64,000 nucleotides of DNA from Octopus vulgaris (GCA_951406725.2 OX597830.1:36828001-36892000), one strand, 5' to 3'. Positions 42,151 through 55,439 are shown, counted from the stretch's first letter. The notes: a model not told the origin generated them from the letters alone. Numbers and translations: made by a program.

Positions 42151-42500
42151 AAGGCTTTAACTTTCATTGTAGTAGTATCTATGGAAGACCGGTGGGATTA
42201 TTATTTGTATGCACTTAAAGGTTGGTCACGATTTAGCATATAAGTTAGTTATGGTAATTTACTATTAATATTGATACAATGTCCATTGGTTTGGACAACT
42301 GCTTCAAAACACTACGTCTAGCAACCACGATTGAAAACACGCTACTCTACCTCGTAGGGATAAGTGTAAGTACATCCCGAATTCTAGAAAAAACATACAC
42401 ACAGTTTTATATATCAGCACGCACCACACACGAATATATACACAAAGCGAATTTAAATCATACTTTTTTTCTTTTTCGCTGAGGCATTACAGTGAGTATC

Positions 42501-42790
42501 GTGCGCACATTATAAATACACCAACCATTGTTGACTCCTTACATCTCTTGATTGTATATATAACTGTATCTTTTCGTATACACACATACAATGAGGAAAG
42601 TAGGAACAGTTAATAACAATAACAACAAAAAATAAAACATATTTATCTCCCTAACAAGTGCGCACATTATAAATACACCAACCATTGTTGACTCCTTACA
42701 TCTCTTGATTGTATATATAACTGTATCTTTTCGTATACACACATACAATGAGGAAAGCGGCAACAGTTAACAACAATAACAACAAAAAAT
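42501..42790. repeat. Near-identical tandem duplication, 157-bp period
   Basis: gtgcgcacattataaatacaccaacc...aacaacaaaaaat at 42501 and 42658. Confidence 0.9.
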
Positions 42791-43089
42791 TACACATCTT
42801 ATTTAGTGCATTAGCATGGCCGCAGCTCTGAGCTGAAACTAGAGAGAAAAAAAGTGTGCTATATCTTCACGTCTTTTTTTTCTTTACCGTTTGTATTACG
42901 GTACGGATGGGAAGACAGAACAAAACTGTCACGGTGTCATCCGTGGATGAGCTGTGCGACAAAACTGGTCGCTTTCCCAAAATAGTATTGCCCGGCAAAT
43001 CACATCTGTCATCTATGCACAAAATTCGAAAATTCCTTTCGAAATAAATGGGTTGAATGCAGTAAATGTCGTGTTTCGATCTGCTTTCA

Positions 43090-43470
43090 ATGTGCCACAC
43101 ACTTTCAAAAGATCCCAGGTAAAAAAAAAGGACACCATACTTCTATGATAGATAAACTCTGGGGAATGATCCAGCTACCAAACTGGTCATTTCAGTGTCT
43201 GACATAGTTATGTTTATTCTTAAGGTGGCATTGTAGCATTGCTGGTGTAAATTTCATAGTAGTTATAGAGTCCGGTGTCAGAGGTAATGGAGATGGAACA
43301 TTTTGATCTTCGACAGTAAAGATGCCTGCATAGCATCCAGCAATGATTTCTGCACATTTTTTTTGATTGTCAGTAAACTGGCCTCTGTGGGGATTGCGAA
43401 GGGGGCCAACTGGAGAGTGAGGTCTCTGCTTTGAATGTACATACTTCCAGAACACTTTGCTGTCAGGATT
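43090..43470 (-). mobile_element. CR1-like LINE ORF2 fragment (EN-RT linker)
   Basis: SKVFWKYVHSKQR...VGPLR...KKCAEII...IFTVE, typical of the linker preceding the RT domain. Confidence 0.75.
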
Positions 43471-43646
43471 TTGTTGTTGCTGTTCAGCAGCAATGAACGG
43501 CAACGAGAAACTCAGAGTAACAGATTTTGTTGAATTTTCTGCTGCTTTAAATAAAGTATATATATATATATATATTTCGTTTTTGGATTTGGTTTGCAAG
43601 ATTCTTTAATAAGGCACTAAAAAAGAATGACTCTCCCCAGACAACA

Positions 43647-43756
<110 letters not shown>

Positions 43757-44302
43757 ATAAGTCATAATTGACAGAGAAATGTCTTGATGGACATTTTATT
43801 TAACAAAAGAAAAAAACCTAATATCACAACAAATTGGTTTCGTAACTAAACAAACATGCAAATGATTTATATTATTAGATCCAATAATAAAAAAATTACT
43901 TACGTGACTGCATTATTGCACAATGCAAAAAAAGTCCTTGAAAATGCTGTTGAATTTGAGGTACGTGGTCAGGTGAAAGTTTTGCTAAACACAAATTACC
44001 GCCGTAACGATATAGGAATGCAAAGTCAAGATTGTGGTAGACAGAAAGTGAAAGAAGCCCATTATACTGCCCCCCCAGCACACACACACACACATATATA
44101 TATACATATACGACGGGCTTCTTTCAGTTTCCGGTTTAGTAGACGGAAAGTGAAACAAGCCCGTTATATATATATATGTTATAAGATAAAAGAAGTGAAA
44201 ATAGCAGTCAGGATCTGACTCTAAAACCACATTAAATGTTCATATAGCACAAGGAGAGAAGACAAAAAGACAAAATAAAACTAGTAAAAAATTAATAGAT
44301 AA

Positions 44303-44447
<145 letters not shown>

Positions 44448-44663
44448 GTATATATCTATGTGTGTGTGTGTCTGTGTTTGTCCATCACCAGTGTTGGTCT
44501 GTTTATGTCCTCGTAAGTTAGCGGTTCGCCAAAAACGACCGTTTAAAATAAGTACCAGGCTTAAAAAATAATCACAGAGGTTGATTATTCGTTCTTCCAT
44601 GGGGTGCCCCAGCATCGCCGCAGTCTAATGACCAAAACAAGTAAAAGAATAAAAGAATATATG

Positions 44664-44767
<104 letters not shown>

Positions 44768-44842
44768 ATTATACAGTCATAGAAGTAATATTTATAGCCA
44801 CATAAATATGGCTGTTCGACATTGCAACTGTTTTAACTCCAG

Positions 44843-45068
44843 ACAGATCCTCCGCCAGCTGGTTGCCGGTGCAGAATCTCCCTGGGGAGCGAACCCATAT
44901 CATCCTCTAGCAGACGACATGCTCACGAGACCGAACGATTTCGCGCTACTTGAGTCCATCTTTAGTCGTGAACACCTGATCACTAGGCGTAGCAGAGACT
45001 TGCCCCAGCTCGCAATACATAGAGAAATAAGAGACCGTCGGTCACTGATTTTGCAACATGCAAAATAG
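44843..45068 (+). CDS. Candidate coding exon of unknown host gene
   Basis: Acceptor ttttaactccag, about 74 open codons to TAG, elevated GC, no repeat similarity seen; no homologue recognised. Confidence 0.3.
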
Positions 45069-45123
45069 CTAGGTAGAAATGTTATATCTTAGTTATTACG
45101 TTCATCACTTATTGAGAGTTTTC

Positions 45124-45552
45124 GGATGTTTTCGGTTTGAACAGCAGTTTTTAACATAATATCTAGGTAACTAAAAAAATTTAAACTTCGTATACTGGTA
45201 GAAAACATCTTTTTCTCTTGGCTTTATTGAGAAAATTCTATAGTTTGTAAGATATTTGTTGCTTTATTTCTTCAATTTCTGCAATTTCAACCAATCACTG
45301 ACGTGTATTGAGGTAAAAATCATTCTGTGCCGTATGAATATGTCCCTCGTTTATGAAACAGATTGGGTATATTTACATTTGTGAAGAAAAAAGATACCCT
45401 TCCTCCCACCCTAACCCTAACCCTAACTAACCCTAACTAACCCTAACCCTAAAACAGATTGAAATACAATAGATCGATACTAGGGTCATAATTATGGGTG
45501 ACAATTTTACATGACACCGCTAGAAAAACTGTCGTTCAAACCGAAAAGACCC
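45124..45552. mobile_element. MITE with 8-bp TSD carrying telomere-type (CCCTAA)n
   Basis: TIRs ggatgttttcggtttgaacagcagttttt / aaaaactgtcgttcaaaccgaaaagaccc; TSD gagttttc at 45116-45123 and 45553-45560; ccctaa repeats 45409-45452. Confidence 0.85.
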
Positions 45553-46145
45553 GAGTTTTCTAATTAGCTCATTTGCTGATATAGCCATAGGCATAAGTTT
45601 ATTATACGCACACATGCTACTCACAGCTACATAAACACTCGTTTATGTAAATCCACTAAGATACATAGTTCACTGTCACTCGTATACAACCGAACAATTT
45701 ATTTCTCTGCTATTTGGAATTTTGCCAAACTAGAATCTTTAACACAATTATTGTTCGGACTGTCACATTATATATCCTTTGAGATTAACATACCTTTGAC
45801 TTATGGCGCAATTATCGCCCATATGATCTTAATGCGCAAACAAGGCACGCAAATGTTCATGCTCTCATAGGACACCGTCACTGGACTAACAGGGTCATAA
45901 ATTTTGGCGCAATTAGCGTTTAAACGGTTGCATGACTCTAACAATCGTATACCATGCAGAACAAATCATTTCAGGTCAGCCCTTGACCATGTGACCAACT
46001 TCAACCATCTTAATTCAATCAAATAATATCTTAACTTAAAAGCAAAAGGGGCGAATTTTTGAAACTCTCATGAAGGGTGAAATAGTTACTTACCCTTTTA
46101 TAGGACTGCAGTCATACTGGGGTACCATCTGATATATATATATAT

Positions 46146-46365
46146 TGCCCATAGGGTACTAAACACAGAGGGGACAAACAAGGACAGACAAAGGGATTAA
46201 GTCGATTACACCGAATCCAGTGCGTAACTGTTACTTATTTAATCAACCCCGAAAGGATGAAAGGCAAAGTCGACCTCGGCGGAATGTGAACTCAGAACGT
46301 AACGGTAGACGAAATACCGCTAAGCATTTCGCCCAGCGTGCTAACGATTCTGCCAGCTCATCGCC
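46146..46365 (-). mobile_element. SINE family B
   Basis: Near-complete match to 22726-22960. Confidence 0.9.
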
Positions 46366-46375
46366 ATTATATATA

Positions 46376-47255
46376 TCTTTATATATACAAAAATGAGAAT
46401 GTGTGTCTGTCTGTCTGTCTGTGTGTTTCCCTAAAACTTGAGAACTACACAACGAATTTCATTCAAATTTTACACATGCCTTACTTAGGGTCCGGGGAGT
46501 GTCATCGGCAAAACAACTTTTAACTTTTCGCCTAGGGCGAACCCACAGCAATATCATATCTTCTCCACTACGATTCCCTAAAACTCGAGAACTAGACAAC
46601 CAATTTCATTCAAATGTTACACATGCCTTACTTAGAGTCCATGTAGTTTCATGGGCAAAAAAAAAAAATGTTCAACTTCTTGCCTAGAGCGAGCCCATAG
46701 CAATATCATATCTTCTCCACTATTTCAGTATTACGTGTTAAAAGTGAAACAAAAATATTTCTCTATTTTATGTCAGATGCTTTCACTTTAACAATAAAAA
46801 TAATAATAACAATTGAATTATATGTAGTAAGTAATAATTAAAATCAAACTAAAGTATAATATAATTGTAACATACAAAAGTAAAAATAGCAATTGGTATA
46901 AAATTGCATCAATGATTTGAACTTGAATAAGTGGTTTCACATGAATGGAAATAAATTAAAAATATAATTAGCATGCAGAAATAGAATAGTCCAGATGGAT
47001 AATAAAAAATTAAATTAAAGAAAAGACTATTGTCAATAAAGTATACAATTTAGAGAAAAAAGAAGAGCTAATAATTCCAGTCTGTTATATATTTTGAGTA
47101 TTGTTATCACTAGCGATATCAAGATATAACTTTGTATTTTGCATTTTATGTGTAGATGTATATATATAGATGTACATGTAATATGTACACATATATATAC
47201 ACATATATACATGCACTAGCAATATGACCCGGCAACGACGGGTCTTTAATGCTAG
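46376..47255 (+). mobile_element. Non-autonomous Helitron with internal ~146-bp duplication
   Basis: A|TC start followed by (CTGT)n; ends gacccg-gcaacga-cgggtc..CTAG|T; ccctaaaact..cttctccacta block repeated at about 46429 and 46575. Confidence 0.7.
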
Positions 47256-47298
47256 TATATATATATATACAGACAGACAGACACACACACACACGCAG

Positions 47299-47341
<43 letters not shown>

Positions 47342-47775
47342 CAGACACACACATACACACACATAAATGTGTATAGCTACATATATATATAGATGAGAGG
47401 CAGATATTCTCCGTATAGAATACACTTCGTGTTTCCCATCTGTACTCTCCTTTCTGTTAACACCCCAAACGTAAAACTTCTTCCCTGAATACGGACGCTG
47501 GTATTATCCGATGATGGAATCAAGTTACAATCATTATTTTGGACCACCAATCCCCCCGAAACAGCTGTTGGATTTGTAAACCTCTTATTCAACCCTTTTA
47601 ATTCCTGATGTCATTTCTATTCTGTGTAAGTCGGACTTTTTGTATGTAAACATATGGACATATTTTGTATTAAATGTAATTTTTCTTGCATATCGACTTG
47701 CCTAATTTGCATGTTCTTACATTTACTTGTTTATACACACACGTACACACACACGCATACACACACACACACACT

Positions 47776-47827
<52 letters not shown>

Positions 47828-47967
47828 GGCGCAGGCTTCCCTACTACATGGTTCCAGGTTCATTCCCACTGCGTGGCACCTTGGACAAGTGTCTTCTACT
47901 ATAGCCTCGGGCCGGCCAAAGCCTTGTGAGTGGATTTGGTAGACAGAAACCGAAATAAGCCCGTCGC

Positions 47968-48039
<72 letters not shown>

Positions 48040-48185
48040 GACGGGGTTCTTTCAGTTTCCGTCTACCAAATCCACTCACAAGGCTTTGGTCGGCCCATGG
48101 CTATAGTAGAAGACAATGCCCAGGATTAAGCCTAGAACCATGTGGTTAGTAAGCAAGCTACTTACCACACAGCCACTCCTACGCC
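47828..48185. mobile_element. Inverted pair of SINE family A 5' halves around (TA)n
   Basis: 47828-47966 (+) and 48039-48185 (-) are mutual reverse complements. Confidence 0.85.
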
Positions 48186-48232
<47 letters not shown>

Positions 48233-48547
48233 TGGTATCAAGAAATCATGTGTAAGTATGAAAGTGGTTGATTCTATTCATTTAAATCATTATCTATTGC
48301 TATTGCCATTCAAAAATTTGCGTAACGCAGGTGAGTTGCAAGCGACATTTAAATGATAAGTTAGTTAAATATTACAAGAGTCAACAAAAAATGACATTTA
48401 GCGAAACAAGTTTCTGACATTGTATACTTCCGGTTGTTTTGTGTGGCGTCTTCTTGCCGCTATTATAATTCACCTGCTAGAACGTTTTATACCGTGGTTG
48501 AGTCTTGATATTAACTCATTATTTAACTTTATTATTTAATATATTTG

Positions 48548-48753
48548 TTTCAAATTTTCGCAGAAGGCCAGTAAGTTTAGAGGAGATGGAAAGTTGATCG
48601 TATCTTCCCCAGTACTCAACTGGTATTTATTTTATCGACCCTGGAAGGCAAACGTGGACCTCGGCGGAATTTGAACAACTCTAAATATAATGACAGACGA
48701 AATGCCGCTAAGCATTTTGCCCGGCGTGCTAACGATTCTGCTAGCTCACCGCC
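48548..48753 (-). mobile_element. SINE family B
   Basis: ttttatcgaccc..cctcggcggaatttgaac..gctagctcaccgcc. Confidence 0.85.
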
Positions 48754-49531
48754 TTATATTTACTATTTAATACATTAAAATACTGAATCAGTATTTGATA
48801 TTTATCAACGATAATGAGACACAAATTTTTTCTCATTTTACACATAGAGCAATGTTGTTCGATTACTAATTCAATATTTGTTTCTCACAACATGGTCGAC
48901 AGTCAAATCGTTTTTCTTTTCTTCACACTTGTAAACGGACATGATTATGTAAAATAGCTCTTCCAAACCACGCTAATTCAATACAATCCAATTTATTTCA
49001 ACGCTTTTTTTTTAGTTGCCTGTTGGAAAATTACTTTAACCTTGTAGATGATTGCTTGACTTAAGCATTTGTTACCGGATGAACTATTTTAATTCTAATT
49101 GCCATTGCATTGAGATTCTAAATGTCCAGTCATCAGACTTTCCTTTTTATAATATTATGGAAAATTATTACGTAAATGTAACTGATTTTGACAGTGTTAT
49201 TATGGGAAGGATTATAGTATTTACGGCTAGTTGGAACATGCTTTCTGATTAAGTCGCAGCTGCATTTGACATGCTTTTGCCGAACGGTATTTGAATCAAA
49301 ATAAAATAATATTTCATTCTGGCTTTGTTTGCTGCTACACGTTCATAGAGAATCATTTATTAAATGTGTCCGAATCCGACAAATGCTAGCTTCTTGTTAA
49401 ACATCATATTATCTTTACAATAAGAACTACGCTCAGTGCATACATACACCATTCACACACACACACACACACATAATATGCGCGTATACATACATACATA
49501 CATACATACATACATACATACATACATACAT

Positions 49532-49562
<31 letters not shown>

Positions 49563-49567
49563 TATAT

Positions 49568-49707
<140 letters not shown>

Positions 49708-50841
49708 CAGTACCGTGCAAAAGTATTGGGCCACTTTAAACCATTAGAAATTTCTACTAATTGCCAACTTATAAGTGGATGTTTCGTCTTACGGTTTTTT
49801 ACAGAATGAAACATTGGCCCTGTTGGAGTTATTTCCATACCTAATCGTTATATTTTGTACTAGGGGTTCTGAACGAGAGGAGAAAGATGCGAGACGACCA
49901 CGAAAAATGGCTGTGCACAAGTTTTCGACCACCTCACATAAACCAATCAAGAAACTGTTTTAAAACAGAAAAATGTTAAAGATGAAAATTTATTACATAA
50001 CGTTCATTTCAAGGAGTTACTGTACATTGTTAATATTTCGTGTGGCTTCTTTTAGCTCGAATAAATGCTTCAATGCACCTGGGAAGAGATGCGTACAAAT
50101 CCTTCATCATTTTCACAGATATGAGATGCTATTCTCTGTGCCTGAGCTCCCACAACTCTTCAAGATTGCGTGGATTCTTCTGTCGAAGTCTTCTCTTTAG
50201 TTCTGTCCACATTTGCTCGATGATATCTAATTCAGGGCTCTGAGCTGGCAAATCTTTCAATACGGAAACTCTTTCATCAGCCAGACTGTCTCGTCTTGCA
50301 CGCAGTCTGTGGCATGGAGCTCCGTCATGCAGAAATATCTTCCCTTCATCCAAGTCTGGTATCAAATTTCCAGGAGGCCTTCCAACAAATTCTCGCTTAA
50401 TAGAAAAGCGAAACAGCCCATGTTACATGACGAAAACAGTGAAGTTTGGGAGTAAGTGTTTGATGCTTTGGGGATACGTAAAAAAGTGATGATTCAAGAA
50501 AGTTAGTTAAAATTGACTTGAATAGTGCCAAATACATGCAGATGCTGAAGGACAATTTGAGACCAGACTTGGATGAAGGTGAGATTTTTCCATGCTACAG
50601 ATCGCGTGCAACACGACAGAGTGTGGTTGATGAAGGTGTTACCGTATTGAAAGATAGGACAGATCAGACCCCTGACTTATATATCATCGAGCAAATGTGG
50701 GCAGAATGATTAGGTATGGAAATAACTCCAACAGGGCCAATGTTTCACCTGTAGAAACTGCAATGCGAAACATCCACTTATAAGTTGGCACTCAGTAGTA
50801 ATTTACAATAGTTTAAAGCGGCCGAAGACTTTTGCATGGTA

Positions 50842-50844
<3 letters not shown>
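49708..50844 (-). mobile_element. Tc1-like transposon, internally rearranged, long TIRs
   Basis: TA-flanked ~140-bp TIRs starting cagtacc.tgcaaaagt; minus-strand catalytic region HDGAPCH..QSPELDIIEQMW; inverted copy on plus strand at about 50400-50708. Confidence 0.9.
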
Positions 50845-50900
<56 letters not shown>

Positions 50901-51288
50901 GGTACTGTATATATGTATATATATATATAATTATATATATATAATATATGGTATAATTATAAACAGGGCATGATTTAGTCATTCTCCGCAAACTGAAAAA
51001 ATATGATGAACAACCTTAATCGATTTTCAAACCTTATTGGGTTATCATAAGAGGCGTCTACATCATTCTGACAGTCTCCAGCGAAACAAGCAGCCAAACT
51101 GTTTATATATTCAACAAATGCAGTATTTACTCTATGAAGGAGTCCCTAATTTGCATACCGAAAGTGTTTAACACGCTGTAAATACCAATGTATAACGTAG
51201 ACACAGGCAGGTGTAATCTACTATCACACGACAAATATTCTTAGCTTATTAAAATCGTCTCCCCCCTCTGGAAGTTGTACATACTTAC

Positions 51289-51367
51289 CATTGACAGCCT
51301 TGACCAACTCCACTTGAACATGAGGATAGTCTTAAGAAGATTCAAGAATTCTCCAATGCTGAGATAC
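51289..51367 (-). other. Candidate 79-nt spliced exon
   Basis: Acceptor tccttgtcttcacag|G and donor ATG|GTAAGT; one open frame YLSIGEFLNLLKTILMFKWSWSRLSM. Confidence 0.35.
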
Positions 51368-52227
51368 CTGTGAAGACAAGGACATGTTTATTGTCTAGAT
51401 ACGAGAGGACTGTTGAGAACATATGTTTCTAACTTAATAGCGTTATTAGCATGACAATTGCGTGACCTTATCTCCAGTAACCAAGGGTTCTTGTTTACAC
51501 AAAGAGAACATATAAATATCTTCGCATTTTCTTATTAAAATCCAGATTTTAAATATACGACTGGCAAAACCACGATCGGACGCTGCAGAGTCCACTCATC
51601 GATCTTCATACATATTCAAAAATTATTATAATTGTGGCAAAAATCATTTGCATTTTAATTACAATATGTTAATAATTGTATTTAAGAACATGATTACAAT
51701 ATTAATTTGTAATTCTTATGATAATCAACGGAAATAATCAGGGTGATATACAGAGCGCCCTCACCCTCGCTGCCGTCGTGCGCTTCGGCAGCTTCGCTCG
51801 CCCGCCGGCATCCGCCGCCGTCCCGTTCGTTCGTCCTCTTGCCATCGAACGTTCGGTTTCCTCCTCGCCTGCGCCTACGCGCCATCATCGCTGCCGTGCG
51901 CCCGTACGCCTTTGCTCGTGCGGCCGGGACGGCAGCCTACCACGTGCCTTCCGCGGTCGACCGCGGGATTTTCTGTTATAGGGGTGTAGTTCCTCATTTC
52001 GCTTCTTAACTATGTGGTTTTGGATTCTGCTCCATTGCGTGACACATTAAAATATAGTCTTTCTACGGTCTCCTAGCTTTGTATTCACTAAAACCTAGTG
52101 TGTGAAATGTTGTTGAAGAAAAGTGTACAGAAATTCATCATACAAATATATGTATTATATGTATATATGAATATTTCATGCCAGAAAGTTAATTGAATAT
52201 ATTTTCTGTCTCGCTCTAAAAGATATT

Positions 52228-52228
52228 C

Positions 52229-52311
<83 letters not shown>

Positions 52312-52343
52312 TATTAATTTTTCTTTCTCTCTCTTTCTTTCGT

Positions 52344-52399
<56 letters not shown>

Positions 52400-52400
52400 T
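52228..52400. repeat. (CTTT)n microsatellite
   Basis: Direct inspection; source of the KERK ORFs. Confidence 0.95.
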
Positions 52401-54186
52401 CCGTCGTTAAAGGTGCCAGGTTCACGATTGGTGGTTTGGGTTCTCGCATCACACAGTGCTTTGTCTCCTTGAGAAAAGCAATTCATTTTACGTAGCATTA
52501 CTGCACTCACCTATAGACAGGGTATGTTAACTTGCGACTGACTGCTTCTTTTCGAAATTGGAATTATGTCTTTTATTAATAATGTAGGGATGTGCTGGTG
52601 TGTTATGTTTGTTGTCAATATTCAGGTTGTGCATTATTTTTGTATTGATGAGTATGAATCTTACCTAAGATAAAATAATTCGTTTTCTTGTCCGTTCTGG
52701 TTACATAGGCTAATAGAAAAAAAAAAAACGTCTGTAATATGAAGCGTTGTTTATTTCTGAGCGACATTTTCTATTATCAGATTGTATGACATCTATTTGA
52801 GAATTTTAAATTTAAACATTGTTTGGCGGATAATTTCGTCTGTTTGGGTTTCGAAATATAAGATTGGTGATTAATCGAGATATTTTCACGTCATATTTTT
52901 GGAACAACTTGTGGATAGATGGACATTTGTTCGAGTTAAAAACGTATATAGATATAGATCAAGTTGTCACTTTACTTATCAAATAAAATGTACGAGATTT
53001 CTAATAAAATGACATTCGGTTCTTCTTGGTTATGTTTCTGATAGAAATGACAGACCGTTAACTTTTTTTCTGTCTGCAGAATGAATGACCCAACAGATGA
53101 CATTCTGATATCATGAAATAATGGGATGTAGGATAGCTTTTAAAATATTTTTCATATTCACACTTTGACTTCTCTGCTATAGTTAGGTTGTAAGTGACGA
53201 GAATGGTGAGCGCTTTTATCAGTGATTCATTGTTATAAAAATCAAATATGAAGGTAATGAAAATGTTCTTTGTGATTATTGTTCGTATCTGCAGAGAGAG
53301 AGGACCGATCATTTCACAAACAGCATAAGAAGTGACAACAACAAAGTCTTACTTCACACCAGAGATTTTCCTTTCAGTAAGAAGAACAGTTTCTACGTAC
53401 TATGTCTGGATGGTTGATGCAGCCTAGGTAGTTACACTGCCAGGGAAACTCCGCTGTTTTTTCTAATGTAGAAGAAAGGAGAAAGGACAACCATATTAAC
53501 ATTATTAATGCATGACTAACATCGACACACTTATTCCCTAAAACAATTACTTAGTACACAACTCACTACATGGATACACACACTTATAAATACGGGTATA
53601 CTAGAAGCCGATGAGTACTGCGTCGATACCTCAAGATTTTCGTTATTGTTTTCTCATTCTGATAGCAGACACAAGTACGGAGCGCTTGAAGGAGCTGGAT
53701 CATTATCTTCGAGCAAATAAACAAAGTATACTACATATACCGAGGTGCGAAAATTATATAAAAACACGAAAACGAGGTACAAAAAGCAAAACAGTGTGTA
53801 TTAAGTTTACCCTGAGGGAAAAATAGAAGGAATAGTCTTTTATGTTTCGAGTTTACTGTGCTACGGAAAGGGTAGACGCGGAAAGTAAAAAGTGGAGACT
53901 GGAAAGAACAAGCGTGTTTTCATTAGACGGTCACTGTATACTGAAATGACCGGAAGTAGAACGAGATCGCTTGAAGCATTCATGGTAAAGGAAACAACTG
54001 ATGGATGGGAAGGGGAGCATATAAAAATACGAAGACGAGGTACAAAAAGCAAAACCGTAACGACAGAAGTGTAAATCTTCTTTCAGTCTGACAGACTGAA
54101 AGAAAAGAAAGATGATCACGTGAGGAAAACATGGTCACGTGTGAGCAACGAGAGTGAGTAAAGGAGAAATATAGATAGATAAATAG

Positions 54187-54231
<45 letters not shown>

Positions 54232-54861
54232 AAACGGTGTTGGGGAGAAAGAAGAATTAGAGAAAGGATGAGAGAGAAAAAGGAAAGGGGGAACAGGGGA
54301 GGAAAAAGAATTAGAGAAAGGAAGAGAGAAAACGAAAGGGGGAGAAAGAGAACAGTACAGGGTAGAGTCGCATCAAAATTATTAAGATAAACTTACATCG
54401 TCCATCTTTCTTTTCCTCACGTGATTATCTTTCTTTTCTTTTCAGTCTACCTTACAGAACAGAGGCATTTTTATCTGTCTCCTCTTCTATCTTTTCTCTT
54501 GTCAAAAGCAATATTCCATTCCTCCAGCGTTCGTTACCTTACCTCGTCTGGCCCAACAGCCCTCCATGTTTGTTTTCGTTTGGTTTGTTGTATGTCTCCT
54601 CTGTCCTGTTATTGTTATCAAATTTGACCCTCTGCAAAATCCAAATTTTATTTTGGTTCGCGGGAGAAACTGCCTTTTCGAAGCCTCATATTATCGTTAA
54701 TAGCACGAAATGAGGAGTACATGGACAGCCGACAACTGATGAAGGGTCGTTTTTTTATGTTACTTGTCTTGTTTTCCATTTGTTTTTTTCGTTGTTCGCA
54801 TACAAAAGTTTGTCTTCGTATTTCATGTTGTTTACGTTTTGTGACGTCCTGTACCCATATA

Positions 54862-54912
<51 letters not shown>

Positions 54913-55401
54913 GTGTATATGTATGCATGTACATATATGTATGTATATATGTATATATATAATATATACACATACATATACTGTGTGTATGTATCTATAT
55001 ATATTTATGCATGTATGTATATATGTATGTATGTATTATGTATGTATGTATGTATGTATGTATCTATCTATCTATATGTATGTATCGGCTGAAAAAGCTG
55101 TTTGTAAATATTTTCCGATTAAAATATTTTAACTCACACACATACACATGCACACACATACAAGGGCACACGCACACACACACATACATATATATACACG
55201 TATTTACATACATATATATGAGTGTATATGTAAATATATATATATTTATGTATGTGTGTGTGCATAAGTGTGATGGCATGTGTGCAGGTATGCGCACATG
55301 TATCATGTATATACCTTTGTATAGGGATGATTGTGTGTGTTTAATACATACATATATACATACATACATACATACGTACACACACACAGACACGCACAAA
55401 C

Positions 55402-55439
<38 letters not shown>

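Noticed and set aside
45040-45072. Helitron 3' end (ttttgca..tgcaaaa tagctag)
   Set aside because: AT-rich hairpin, wrong spacing, not followed by T, and no 5' end found
45409-45452. True telomere
   Set aside because: Short, interrupted and internal to a TSD-flanked MITE
52413-52521. Exon with AG/GT boundaries and an open frame
   Set aside because: Sequence resembles a decayed SINE family D head
53295-53376. 82-nt plus-strand exon candidate
   Set aside because: Splice-like words and an open frame this short are expected by chance; no homology recognised
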